UHGV virus genome: UHGV-0177523
DNA length: 45,150 nt
Source of the DNA: a virus
Direction: 5' to 3' (one strand)
Shown here piece after piece: positions 25,870-34,725 of the stretch (within the stretch, counting starts at the first letter, position 1; each line of letters begins with the position of its first letter). Below the pieces are notes generated by a model. The model ran no database searches. It saw nothing but the letters and a program-made list of their open reading frames with translations, and was not told where the DNA came from. The position numbers and the translations under genes were made by a program.

Positions 25870-26720
25870 TGGAACCTGAAATTACTACTGAAATCACTAC
25901 TGAGGTGCCCAATGAGCAATCTGTTGATACTTCTCCTGATACTGTACCTGTTGTGGGAGCTGATGAGCCGAACGGTGATGGATCGCAGAAACCGGAAGGC
26001 GAACAAGGAGATGGCGGAGAGGATGGTAAACCTCAGCCAGATGACGCCGCGCCCGTGGAAGAACCGGAATACTTCTTCGGCGACGTAAGTGTAAGCATCG
26101 ACATCCCGGAAGATGTCAGCGCAGCCCTCAGCGAGAAGGGCCTGGATGCCAAGGCAATTGCTGCCGAGCTTTATAGCAAAGAAGGTAAGTTTGAATTGTC
26201 AGAAGAAACCAAAGGCAAGCTCTATGAAGCCTTTGGCAAATTCGCAGTTGATGCCTACCTGTCTGGCCTCAAGGCAACCAACGAGAACTTCTTTGCGACC
26301 CAGGAGCGGGAGGCGGCCCAGCGCCAAGCTGCGGATACCGAGCGCTATGGTCTGGTGTCTGCCACTGTTGGCGGTGATGAAGGCTGGTCCCGCCTGGAGC
26401 AGTTCGCCCTGGAGACCCTCAGCGATGAGGAGCTGGAGCAGTTCAACGAAAGCATGCGCTCAGGCAACATGTACTTCCAGCAGCTTGCAGTAAAGGACCT
26501 GGAGGCTCGCCGTGCGGCTGCTCAAGGTGACCCATCGGTTACCCTCATCCAAGCCGATGCAGCCCGCGTATCCAATGAGAACGGACCTCTGTCCTCTGCG
26601 GAATACATGAAGGCCATCGCTGAGCTGAGCACCAAGTTTAAGGGCGACCGTGCCGGGGCAGCAGCTGCCGAGAAAGCACTGGATGAACGCCGTCGCGCTG
26701 GGATGGCTCGCGGCCTCTAA
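25869..26720 (+). CDS. Capsid assembly scaffolding protein
   Basis: Acidic protein between the portal and capsid genes. Confidence 0.9.
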   Translation: MEPEITTEITTEVPNEQSVDTSPDTVPVVGADEPNGDGSQKPEGEQGDGGEDGKPQPDDAAPVEEPEYFFGDVSVSIDIPEDVSAALSEKGLDAKAIAAELYSKEGKFELSEETKGKLYEAFGKFAVDAYLSGLKATNENFFATQEREAAQRQAADTERYGLVSATVGGDEGWSRLEQFALETLSDEELEQFNESMRSGNMYFQQLAVKDLEARRAAAQGDPSVTLIQADAARVSNENGPLSSAEYMKAIAELSTKFKGDRAGAAAAEKALDERRRAGMARGL

Positions 26721-26737
26721 TAGTGGCGAGTATAGAA
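26718..26737 (+). promoter_or_regulatory. Phage RNAP promoter for the capsid gene (phi10 equivalent)
   Basis: Consensus sequence followed by the 5' hairpin AGGGAAT...ATTCCCT. Confidence 0.92.
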
Positions 26738-26795
26738 GCAGGGAATCGCGGCATTCGTAATTCCCTACTATTTCAATAGTTTATAAGGAGAAATA

Positions 26796-27887
26796 ATGTC
26801 TACACCTAACGTACTGACTAACGTTGCCGTATCCCACTCCGGTGAGGTTGACAGTCTTCTGATCGAAAAGTTTAACGGCAAGGTGCGCGAGCAGTATCTG
26901 AAAGGCGAGAACCTGCTGAGCCACTTCCAGGTTGAAACCGTAACTGGCACCAACACTGTCTCCAACAAGTACCTGGGTGAAACTGAAATCCAGGTGCTGG
27001 CACCGGGCCAGTCTCCGGCAGCTACTCCGACCAAGGCCGATAAAAACCAGGTTGTCATCGACACCACGGTTATCGCCCGTAACACGGTAGCAATGCTGCA
27101 TGATGTCCAGGGTGACATCGACAGCCTCAAGCCGAAGATCGCTGTAAACCAGGCCAAGCAGCTTAAGCGCCTGGAAGATGAGATGGTTGTGCAGCAGCTG
27201 CTGCTGGGTGGTATTAGCAACACCAAAGCGCAACGCACCAACCCGCGCGTGCCGGGTCATGGCTTCTCCATCAACGTGAACATCACGGCGGATACCGCTG
27301 AAACCTCCCCCCAATATCTGGCCGCTGCAATCGAGTATGCGCTGGAACAGCAGCTGGAGCAGGAAGTGGACATCTCCGATCTGGTCATCCTGATGCCGTG
27401 GAAGTTCTTCAACGCCCTGCGTGACATGGATCGTATCGTCGACCGCAGCTACACCCTGGCTGACGAAAGCACGGTACAGGGCTTCGCTCTGAAATCCTTC
27501 AACGTCCCGGTTGTTCCGTCTAACCGCTTCCCGAAATTCTCTCAGGGCGCGGCGCACCACAAGCTGTCCAATGCCGATAACGGCTTCCGCTATGACACCA
27601 CTGCACCGATGGCTGGCGCTGTGGCGGTAATCTTCTCTATGGATGCACTGCTGGTCGGTCGCACCATTGAGCTGACTGGCGACATCTTCTGGGAGAAGAA
27701 GGAGAAGACCTTCTACATCGACACCTACCTGGCAGAGGGTGCAATCCCGGACCGCTGGGAAGCTGTGTCTGTTGTCACCACTGCACGTGATGGCACTACT
27801 GGTGCTCCGAGCGGCTCTGGTACTGACGACACCGTCGTTACCAAACGTGCGAACCGCAAGGTTATCCTGACCAAAGCGGTAAGCTAA
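26796..27887 (+). CDS. Major capsid protein
   Basis: LLIEKFNGKV...; T7/SP6-type major capsid protein at the expected position. Confidence 0.96.
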   Translation: MSTPNVLTNVAVSHSGEVDSLLIEKFNGKVREQYLKGENLLSHFQVETVTGTNTVSNKYLGETEIQVLAPGQSPAATPTKADKNQVVIDTTVIARNTVAMLHDVQGDIDSLKPKIAVNQAKQLKRLEDEMVVQQLLLGGISNTKAQRTNPRVPGHGFSINVNITADTAETSPQYLAAAIEYALEQQLEQEVDISDLVILMPWKFFNALRDMDRIVDRSYTLADESTVQGFALKSFNVPVVPSNRFPKFSQGAAHHKLSNADNGFRYDTTAPMAGAVAVIFSMDALLVGRTIELTGDIFWEKKEKTFYIDTYLAEGAIPDRWEAVSVVTTARDGTTGAPSGSGTDDTVVTKRANRKVILTKAVS

Positions 27888-27891
27888 TACA

Positions 27892-27927
27892 AGCCCCATC
27901 TCTCTATCTGAGGGGTGGGGTTCTTTT
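27892..27927 (+). terminator. Terminator after the capsid gene (Tphi equivalent)
   Basis: AGCCCCATCTCTC-TATCT-GAGGGGTGGGGTT-CTTTT. Confidence 0.85.
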
Positions 27928-27941
27928 GCTTAGGAGAGATA

Positions 27942-28667
27942 ATGCCAATTCAAAGTGATACCCCTAGCATCATGGCGGAGTCTCAGTTTAACTCGCTGAG
28001 CACCAAGCTGGATGCCGTCAATCTCTGCATGCGTGCCATTGGTCGCAGTGGGGTTGACAACCTTACCTCTGGCGACCTCGATGCAGAAGATGCAGACACC
28101 ATGATTGATATTGTGTCCCAGCGGTTACAGTACAATGATGGTAAGGGTTGGTGGTTTAACCGGGAGCCTCGCTGGTCATTCGCCCCGGATTCAAATGGAG
28201 AGGTGGTCCTGCCTAATAATACCTTGCAGGTCATCCAGGCGTACACGCTTAACACCCGCAAGATTGATATCACAATCCGTGCTGGCCGCTTGTACTCTAC
28301 CACCCTGCACTCATTTGATGTGTCACCACTGGTAGGTCCTGATGGTTTCATTTGGTTAGACCTGATGCTGATGCTTCCATTTGAGCACATGCCACTTAAT
28401 GTCCTGCAAGCCATTGCCTACCAGGCAGCTGCTGAGTTTATTGTATCCAAGGATGCCGACCAGACCAAGTTGCAGATGCACATGCAAATGGCTGCTAACC
28501 TTCACACCGGAATGCAGGTGGAAGAGTCTAAGCAGAACAGGCTCAACATGTTGGTACACAACCCAACCCAGAGAAACTTCGGCATTATGGCGGGAGGTCC
28601 TAACAACACAGCAGGGTTTGATCACTCACCGTATGACCGATACCCTGTAAGACCCTGGAGGTGGTAA
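27942..28667 (+). CDS. Tail tubular protein A (gatekeeper)
   Basis: TKLDAVNLCMRAIG...GWWFN; start placed after AGGAG. Confidence 0.93.
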   Translation: MPIQSDTPSIMAESQFNSLSTKLDAVNLCMRAIGRSGVDNLTSGDLDAEDADTMIDIVSQRLQYNDGKGWWFNREPRWSFAPDSNGEVVLPNNTLQVIQAYTLNTRKIDITIRAGRLYSTTLHSFDVSPLVGPDGFIWLDLMLMLPFEHMPLNVLQAIAYQAAAEFIVSKDADQTKLQMHMQMAANLHTGMQVEESKQNRLNMLVHNPTQRNFGIMAGGPNNTAGFDHSPYDRYPVRPWRW

Positions 28668-31051
28668 TGGAAGTTCAAGGCTCGTTAGGTCGGCAGATAC
28701 AAGGTATCAGCCAGCAGCCTGCATCTGTGAGGCTACCTGGTCAGTGCACCGATGCAATCAACTGTAGTATGGATGTGGTAGAGGGAACCAAGAGCCGACC
28801 AGGCACAGTGCACATTGCAAGACTTGGCGACCTTGGCCTTATCCAGGACAACACCAATATCCATCATTATCGTCGTGGTGATGATGTGGAAGAATACTGG
28901 ATGATAACCAACCCACTCGGTATCCCTGATATCTTCGACAAGCAAGGACGCAAGTGCACCGTAACGGAAACCGAGGGTGCTGCCAGTTACTTCAACAGTA
29001 ATAACCCTCGGGTTGACTACAAGTTCTTTACTGTAGGTGATACAACCTTTGTGGTTAACCGAAATAAGGTTGTTCGAGCAAGGGCAGATAAGACCCCGGC
29101 AGTGGGTGGCACTGCCTTGGTATTCAGTGCGTATGGTCAGTATGGAACTAACTATCAGATTATCATTAATGGTGTTAAGGCTGCTGAGTACAAGACAGCA
29201 TCTGGTGGAAGTGCCAGTGATGTTGAGACAATCAGGACTGAGGTTATTGCAGAGCAGCTCTACACCAACCTCCTCACATGGACTGGTGCAAGCGACTACT
29301 CCATCTCTCGTATGGGGACTACCATCGTTATCTCAAGCCACAGCGGGGCAAGCTTCACAGTGGACACGGAAGATGGCTCTAAGGGTAAAGACCTTGTAGC
29401 TATCCAGTACAAGGTAACCTCAACTGACCTTCTTCCGAGCAAGGCACCTGTGGGTTACTTGGTGCAGGTATGGCCCACCGGAAGCAAGCCTGAGTCTCGA
29501 TATTGGCTAAAGGCGGAGGCTGCGGAGGGCAACCTTGTCACCTGGCAGGAAACCTTGGGTGCAGATGAGGTGCTGGGCTTTAATGGAGCAACCATGCCAT
29601 ACATCATCGAGCGCACCAATATTGTTGGTGGTATCGCTCAGTTCACCATCAAGCAAGGCTATTGGGATGACCGGGCGGTGGGTGATGAGTTAACCAACCC
29701 GATGCCCTCCTTTGTTGACCAGAGCCTCAGCGATATCTTCATGGTGCAAAACAGGTTATGCCTGGCAGCTGGAGAGTCCTGCATTATGTCTCGCACATCT
29801 TATTTCTTCCAGTTCTTCCGGCAGACCGTATTGTCAGCTGTGGATACGGACCCAATTGATGTGTTTGCAGATGCAAGCGAGGTGTATGCCCTCAAGCATG
29901 CCAAGGTCCTGGATGGTGATACGGTGTTGTTCTCAGACAATGCTCAGTTTATCTTACCGGGTGACAAACCACTAACCAAGGCAACCGCACTGTTGCGTCC
30001 CACTACAACCTTTGAGGTGGACACCAATGTAGCCCCGGTTGTTACTGGTGAGGCTGTGATGTTCGCCACGAAGGATGGTGCCTACTCTAATATCCGTGAG
30101 TTCTATACGGACTCCTACTCGGACACCAAGAAGGCCCAGCCAGTGACTAGTCATGTCAACAAGTTGATACGTGGCGGTATCTACCATATGGCAAGCAGCA
30201 CCAACTTTAACAGGTTGTTTGCTCTGTCTGAGGACAACCGCAGCCGGGTCTTTGTCTATGACTGGTTGTGGCAGGGTACAGACAAGGTGCAGTCTGCATG
30301 GCATAAGTGGGAGTTTTACGGGGCAACTATTGGAGGCCTGTATTACTCGGGTGAGACCTTGTACCTCATTATCAAGCGTAATGATGGTGTGTTCCTTGAG
30401 GCGATGTATATGGGCGACCCATTACTATCTGGCTCTGACCAGGTTCGAATGGACCGCACGGTAACCGTCAGCCTCACATGGGATGAGGCCACATTATCAT
30501 GGAGGTCATCTCCATTGCCTTGGGTTCCAACTCAGGTTGAAATGCTTGAGGCTGTATTGACTAATGGTGACCCGGCGTATATTGGCGGTGCCTTCTTGTT
30601 CGAATACAACCCAAGCACCCGTGTAATCTCAACCAAGTATGGTCTGGGAGATACCTCCCAAACCCTGGCAGCTAAGGTTGGTCAGATGTACAAGGTAGAG
30701 TTCGTGCCTACGGATGTCATCATCCGAGACAGCCAGGACCGTGTGTCCTACCAGGACGTCCCTGTGATTGGACTAGTTCACCTGAACCTTGATAGGTATC
30801 CTGACTTTACTGTGGAGATTACCAACAGGAAGTCTGGTGCCGTAAGGGTGGCCAAGGCATCCAACAGGGTTGGTGGTGCCAGGAACAACGTGGTGGGTTA
30901 CGTTAAGCCCACAAGTGGTACATTCTCTTTCCCGCTCAGAGCACTGAGTACGGATGTGGAGTACCGCATCATCTCCATTTCACCTCACACGTTCCAGCTC
31001 AGGGACATCGAGTGGAGTGGTTCCTATAACCCAACCAGAAAGAGGGTATAA
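28667..31051 (+). CDS. Tail tubular protein B (nozzle)
   Basis: GISQQP N-terminus, GDELTNP.PSF and QSAWHKW. Confidence 0.95.
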   Translation: MEVQGSLGRQIQGISQQPASVRLPGQCTDAINCSMDVVEGTKSRPGTVHIARLGDLGLIQDNTNIHHYRRGDDVEEYWMITNPLGIPDIFDKQGRKCTVTETEGAASYFNSNNPRVDYKFFTVGDTTFVVNRNKVVRARADKTPAVGGTALVFSAYGQYGTNYQIIINGVKAAEYKTASGGSASDVETIRTEVIAEQLYTNLLTWTGASDYSISRMGTTIVISSHSGASFTVDTEDGSKGKDLVAIQYKVTSTDLLPSKAPVGYLVQVWPTGSKPESRYWLKAEAAEGNLVTWQETLGADEVLGFNGATMPYIIERTNIVGGIAQFTIKQGYWDDRAVGDELTNPMPSFVDQSLSDIFMVQNRLCLAAGESCIMSRTSYFFQFFRQTVLSAVDTDPIDVFADASEVYALKHAKVLDGDTVLFSDNAQFILPGDKPLTKATALLRPTTTFEVDTNVAPVVTGEAVMFATKDGAYSNIREFYTDSYSDTKKAQPVTSHVNKLIRGGIYHMASSTNFNRLFALSEDNRSRVFVYDWLWQGTDKVQSAWHKWEFYGATIGGLYYSGETLYLIIKRNDGVFLEAMYMGDPLLSGSDQVRMDRTVTVSLTWDEATLSWRSSPLPWVPTQVEMLEAVLTNGDPAYIGGAFLFEYNPSTRVISTKYGLGDTSQTLAAKVGQMYKVEFVPTDVIIRDSQDRVSYQDVPVIGLVHLNLDRYPDFTVEITNRKSGAVRVAKASNRVGGARNNVVGYVKPTSGTFSFPLRALSTDVEYRIISISPHTFQLRDIEWSGSYNPTRKRV

Positions 31052-31719
31052 TGGCAATAGCAGGATTAGCAGCTATGGGTTCCAGCGCCCTTGGTTCCTT
31101 GGGGGCCAGTGGTGTCGCCGGGAGTGCCATAAGCGCATTGGGTGGTAGTGGTGGTATGGGTGGTGGCCTGCTGGCAATGGGCGGTTCTCTGCTCAGTTCG
31201 CTTACAGGCTTCCTGGGCCAAGGTGACCAAGCCGAAGCATTGCGCAAGCAACAGAACGAGCAGTGGAAGCAGCAGATGATTAACACCCGAGAGCAATACA
31301 GGCAGCTCGGGCAGGCCCAGACGGCGGCTAACCAGGAGTATGGTGAGCAGCTTATTGATAACCAGGTCAGTCTTCTGCAACAACGTGCTCAGGTGGAGCT
31401 GCTTGCTGGTGCCTCTGGCACTGGCGGTGCCTCTATCTCCTCTATGCTCAGCGACCTCAATGGTCAAGCAGGGAGAAACCAGAGCACTATTGTGCGCAAC
31501 TATGAGAATCAGCAACAGTCATTCGTCAACCAAGCCAAGGCTATCCGAACGGGAGGCCAGATGCAGATGCGGTCTTTCGAGAAACCTTCTGCCTTTGCAT
31601 CTCTGGTATCTGGTGTTGGCTCAGCGGCATCCGCATTCGTGGGTGGTGCCAAGACTGCAAGTTCACTTAAAGATGCATGGGATAGTTCCCGTAAGTATTC
31701 GTCTGGATTAGGAGGGTAA
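31051..31719 (+). CDS. Internal virion protein (gp14-like)
   Basis: Gly/Ala/Ser-rich N-terminus; expected position. Confidence 0.85.
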   Translation: MAIAGLAAMGSSALGSLGASGVAGSAISALGGSGGMGGGLLAMGGSLLSSLTGFLGQGDQAEALRKQQNEQWKQQMINTREQYRQLGQAQTAANQEYGEQLIDNQVSLLQQRAQVELLAGASGTGGASISSMLSDLNGQAGRNQSTIVRNYENQQQSFVNQAKAIRTGGQMQMRSFEKPSAFASLVSGVGSAASAFVGGAKTASSLKDAWDSSRKYSSGLGG

Positions 31720-34656
31720 ATGGCTATTGAGCGCCAAGCAGTGCAGGGGTTGGCCCCTGTCCAATCAGCAGGTGGACCTCGTGGGTCTGCCACTCAAGCA
31801 ATCCAGGTTGGCACCCCGAAAACCCAACCTGGCTTAGGTAACTTTGTGGATGACCTGTTTAACGCTGCTGGCTCAGTAGCAGGCCTGGCTACCGACATCA
31901 TGAATCGGAGTGTTGAGGATGACAAGGTTGTCCAGTATGACCGAGCACTCCGTGGCCTTCTCCCGAGTGATGAGGCCACCGTGGGCGGCACCCGTGCTCA
32001 CATGTTGGTGCAGTTGCAGAATGATGTGATTGCATCCACAGCTCAGCTCCAGGAGGATGCCAAGCGATTCACTGGTGATGATGCTGAGTGGGAGCAACAT
32101 GTAGTTAAGTCCCGCAACGCCATTCAGGATACGGTCATCCAGAAGTACCCAGGGTTGGGTGCTGACAAAGAGACTGGCAAGATTATCACCAACGCATTCA
32201 TGGAGCAGCAGCCCAAGGTGTTTGCTGCACGGCAGAGTGCCAAGCTGGAGCGGGAGGGCGCTGAGCGTGCGCAGTCAATGCAATCTCGCATCCTCCTGGT
32301 GACCAAAGGTCTTTCTGGTGAACCCCTTAATGAGGCCCTCCACCAGCTCCAGCAGGAAGCACTTACCATGCAGCTTACCAAGCCAGAGTATGAGGCTATG
32401 GTGGCTGATGTGGCACTGAGCAAGGCATCCATTGGTGATTCCTCTTTCATCGAGGCAACCAAGTCCCTCAAGGATAAGGATGGCGTATCACTCTATGAGC
32501 GTAACGGTAAGCTCATGACTGGTGAGATTAGCGCCAACAGAACCTGGGCGAGCCTTAATCAGGTTGAGTTGTTCGAGAAGAAGAACGCAGCCATTGAGGC
32601 ATACACAAAGGGTGAGCTGAACAAAGATGAGATGCTCCAGATTATGGAGAATCACAATAGGCTCTCTGGTGGGACTGCCTGGTCGGACGGGGAGATTACC
32701 ACCCTGTTTAACAACGTAGCCAAGCAGCATGCCAAGACGGCCCAGCTGGCTGACCTTGTTAAGCGGGGAGAAGGTGGGTCCCCTCTCGGCTTGCAGGACA
32801 TTAGCGAAAAGGAAAGAAAGAGCTATGCCGAGGCCATCTCCGGTGTGTATACCAAGCTTGCTGATGATGAAATCCTCAAGACGGGTGCAACTGGTGAGGC
32901 GGCAGAGGCCATCCGTGGTAAGTATGAGCGCGCCCGTTACGCCAAGCTGGGTGAGCAGCTTATCAAGGATCCTAACATCACCGACAGATATCAGGCATTG
33001 ATGTCTATGTCTTCGGCCAACCTCAAGGATATGAAGGCTGAGCCAGAGGCCATGAAGACCCTGATGCAGGCCCGTGATGCAATCCCAGAGGATGCACGCC
33101 GTGCGGTGATGGGTGACAAGGAGTATGCCTTCGCTGAGAACTATGAGCGAGCCACTCGCATGGGGTATAACCCAGGCCAGGCTGTAGAGTTCGCACAGGC
33201 AGCGAGCCAAGGTGACAAGCTCCCCTCCAGTGTCCTCAAAGAGCTTAACAGCGATGTGGATGGCGTGGTAAGCGATGTCGCAGGTGGCTCTTGGTTAACC
33301 CGTGGTGACAACATGTCTGACATGGGTAAAGACTTGATGCTACAGGATGCAGGCGAGATTGCCCGTGCTATGAAGGTGGCAGGCCACAACAATGACACCA
33401 TCAAGCGGCACCTCACTGAGTACCTCAAGGGTCAGTATTCCCAGCTGTCTGAGGGCTTCTTTACTTCTGGTGTTCTGGTTAAAGGTGATGTTCGTGGTCT
33501 GGGTGAAGCACTCAAGACCAACCAGAAGGATATGCCTCTTGCCCTACGTCAGTATCTCAATGACAATAAGCAGGCACTACTGGACGCATCTGGTGGCATG
33601 GATGAGAAAGACCTATACTTCGATGTGGATATGAAGCGTGGCCTGTTCACCATCCGTGCTGGCTCCGGTCGCACACCTGTCACACCAGCCATGCCTCTTT
33701 CTGAGATTAAAGCTCAGGGTCTGCTCAAGAAGTATTATGAGTCAGAGGTCAAGGCTCGTGATGACGGCAACAAAGCCTTCCGTGAGCAACAGATGAAGAT
33801 GGGTTCCTGGGGCCTTAGCCCTACTACCGTCAAGGACCCCAAGGATGTAACTGCCAAGAACGTGGGCAAGATGGGTATTAGCTCTTTCCTCATGTCACCT
33901 GCATTCGCAGAGGGCGCTAACCTACCAAGTAACTTCGAGTTTGGGTATAAGGAGAACCAAAACATGTTTTATGATTATGTCGCCAAGGCGGAGAACTCCA
34001 TTAACGCTGGGTTTGACCCGCGAGCCGGGACGTACTCCGTATACCGCGACGAAGGTGGTGATAACATTGGCTTTGGTCACCTCCTGACAGAAGAAGAGAA
34101 ACGTAACGGGTATATCACTATCGGTGATGAGAAAGTACCGTTCCGCCAAGGCCAGTCCGAGCTAACCCCGGCTCGCGCCCGTCAGCTACTGGAGCAGGAC
34201 ATCAAGGCACACCAGCCGTCTACCAGTGGTTGGGCTGTGCCGTTTGACTCCATGCACCCTGGCGTGCAGCGTGGTATCCTCGACCTGTCCTACAACCTGG
34301 GCAAGCAAGGTATCGCCAATGCACCGAAGGCCTATGCTGACTTCAAGGCAGGGCGCTTCACTGAGGGCTTCATCAACATGCTGGACACCAACTACACCAA
34401 GGGAGCACGTAGTCCCGGCCTGTTGCGTCGTCGAGCTGAGGCCTATAACATGGCTATGGCTGCATCTGGTATGCCCAAGATTACCCAAGTGCGTACCGAG
34501 GCAGATGGCTCTATGTATGCCAAGTTCGCCTCTGCTGATATTGCCAACTTCCTTCGTGAAGGCTTGGCATCCAAGATTGGCAAAGATGGCTGGTTACAGG
34601 TTAATGGGCCTAGTAAGTTAACTGAGAACTCCCGAGTGGGAACACTTTCGGTATAG
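31720..34656 (+). CDS. Internal virion protein with C-terminal lysozyme (GH24-like) domain
   Basis: AEN...Y.DEGGDNIGFGHLL...LSYNLG...GLLRRRAE. Confidence 0.88.
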   Translation: MAIERQAVQGLAPVQSAGGPRGSATQAIQVGTPKTQPGLGNFVDDLFNAAGSVAGLATDIMNRSVEDDKVVQYDRALRGLLPSDEATVGGTRAHMLVQLQNDVIASTAQLQEDAKRFTGDDAEWEQHVVKSRNAIQDTVIQKYPGLGADKETGKIITNAFMEQQPKVFAARQSAKLEREGAERAQSMQSRILLVTKGLSGEPLNEALHQLQQEALTMQLTKPEYEAMVADVALSKASIGDSSFIEATKSLKDKDGVSLYERNGKLMTGEISANRTWASLNQVELFEKKNAAIEAYTKGELNKDEMLQIMENHNRLSGGTAWSDGEITTLFNNVAKQHAKTAQLADLVKRGEGGSPLGLQDISEKERKSYAEAISGVYTKLADDEILKTGATGEAAEAIRGKYERARYAKLGEQLIKDPNITDRYQALMSMSSANLKDMKAEPEAMKTLMQARDAIPEDARRAVMGDKEYAFAENYERATRMGYNPGQAVEFAQAASQGDKLPSSVLKELNSDVDGVVSDVAGGSWLTRGDNMSDMGKDLMLQDAGEIARAMKVAGHNNDTIKRHLTEYLKGQYSQLSEGFFTSGVLVKGDVRGLGEALKTNQKDMPLALRQYLNDNKQALLDASGGMDEKDLYFDVDMKRGLFTIRAGSGRTPVTPAMPLSEIKAQGLLKKYYESEVKARDDGNKAFREQQMKMGSWGLSPTTVKDPKDVTAKNVGKMGISSFLMSPAFAEGANLPSNFEFGYKENQNMFYDYVAKAENSINAGFDPRAGTYSVYRDEGGDNIGFGHLLTEEEKRNGYITIGDEKVPFRQGQSELTPARARQLLEQDIKAHQPSTSGWAVPFDSMHPGVQRGILDLSYNLGKQGIANAPKAYADFKAGRFTEGFINMLDTNYTKGARSPGLLRRRAEAYNMAMAASGMPKITQVRTEADGSMYAKFASADIANFLREGLASKIGKDGWLQVNGPSKLTENSRVGTLSV

Positions 34657-34673
34657 TGATAAACTCAAGGTCT

Positions 34674-34691
34674 TGTCCAACACGTTGGACA
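34674..34691. repeat. 18-bp palindrome TGTCCAACACGTTGGACA
   Basis: Exact intergenic copy with extended arms AAGGTCT/GGCCTT. Confidence 0.9.
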
Positions 34692-34725
34692 GGCCTTTAT
34701 GATTGTCATTAATAGAGAGGTAACC

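Noticed and set aside
27840..27890. T7 10A/10B-type capsid frameshift
   Set aside because: No slippery sequence is seen near the stop, and a terminator follows immediately.
2209..34691. Palindrome or promoter repeats as a CRISPR array
   Set aside because: The copies are dispersed over kilobases with no regular spacers, and there are no cas genes.
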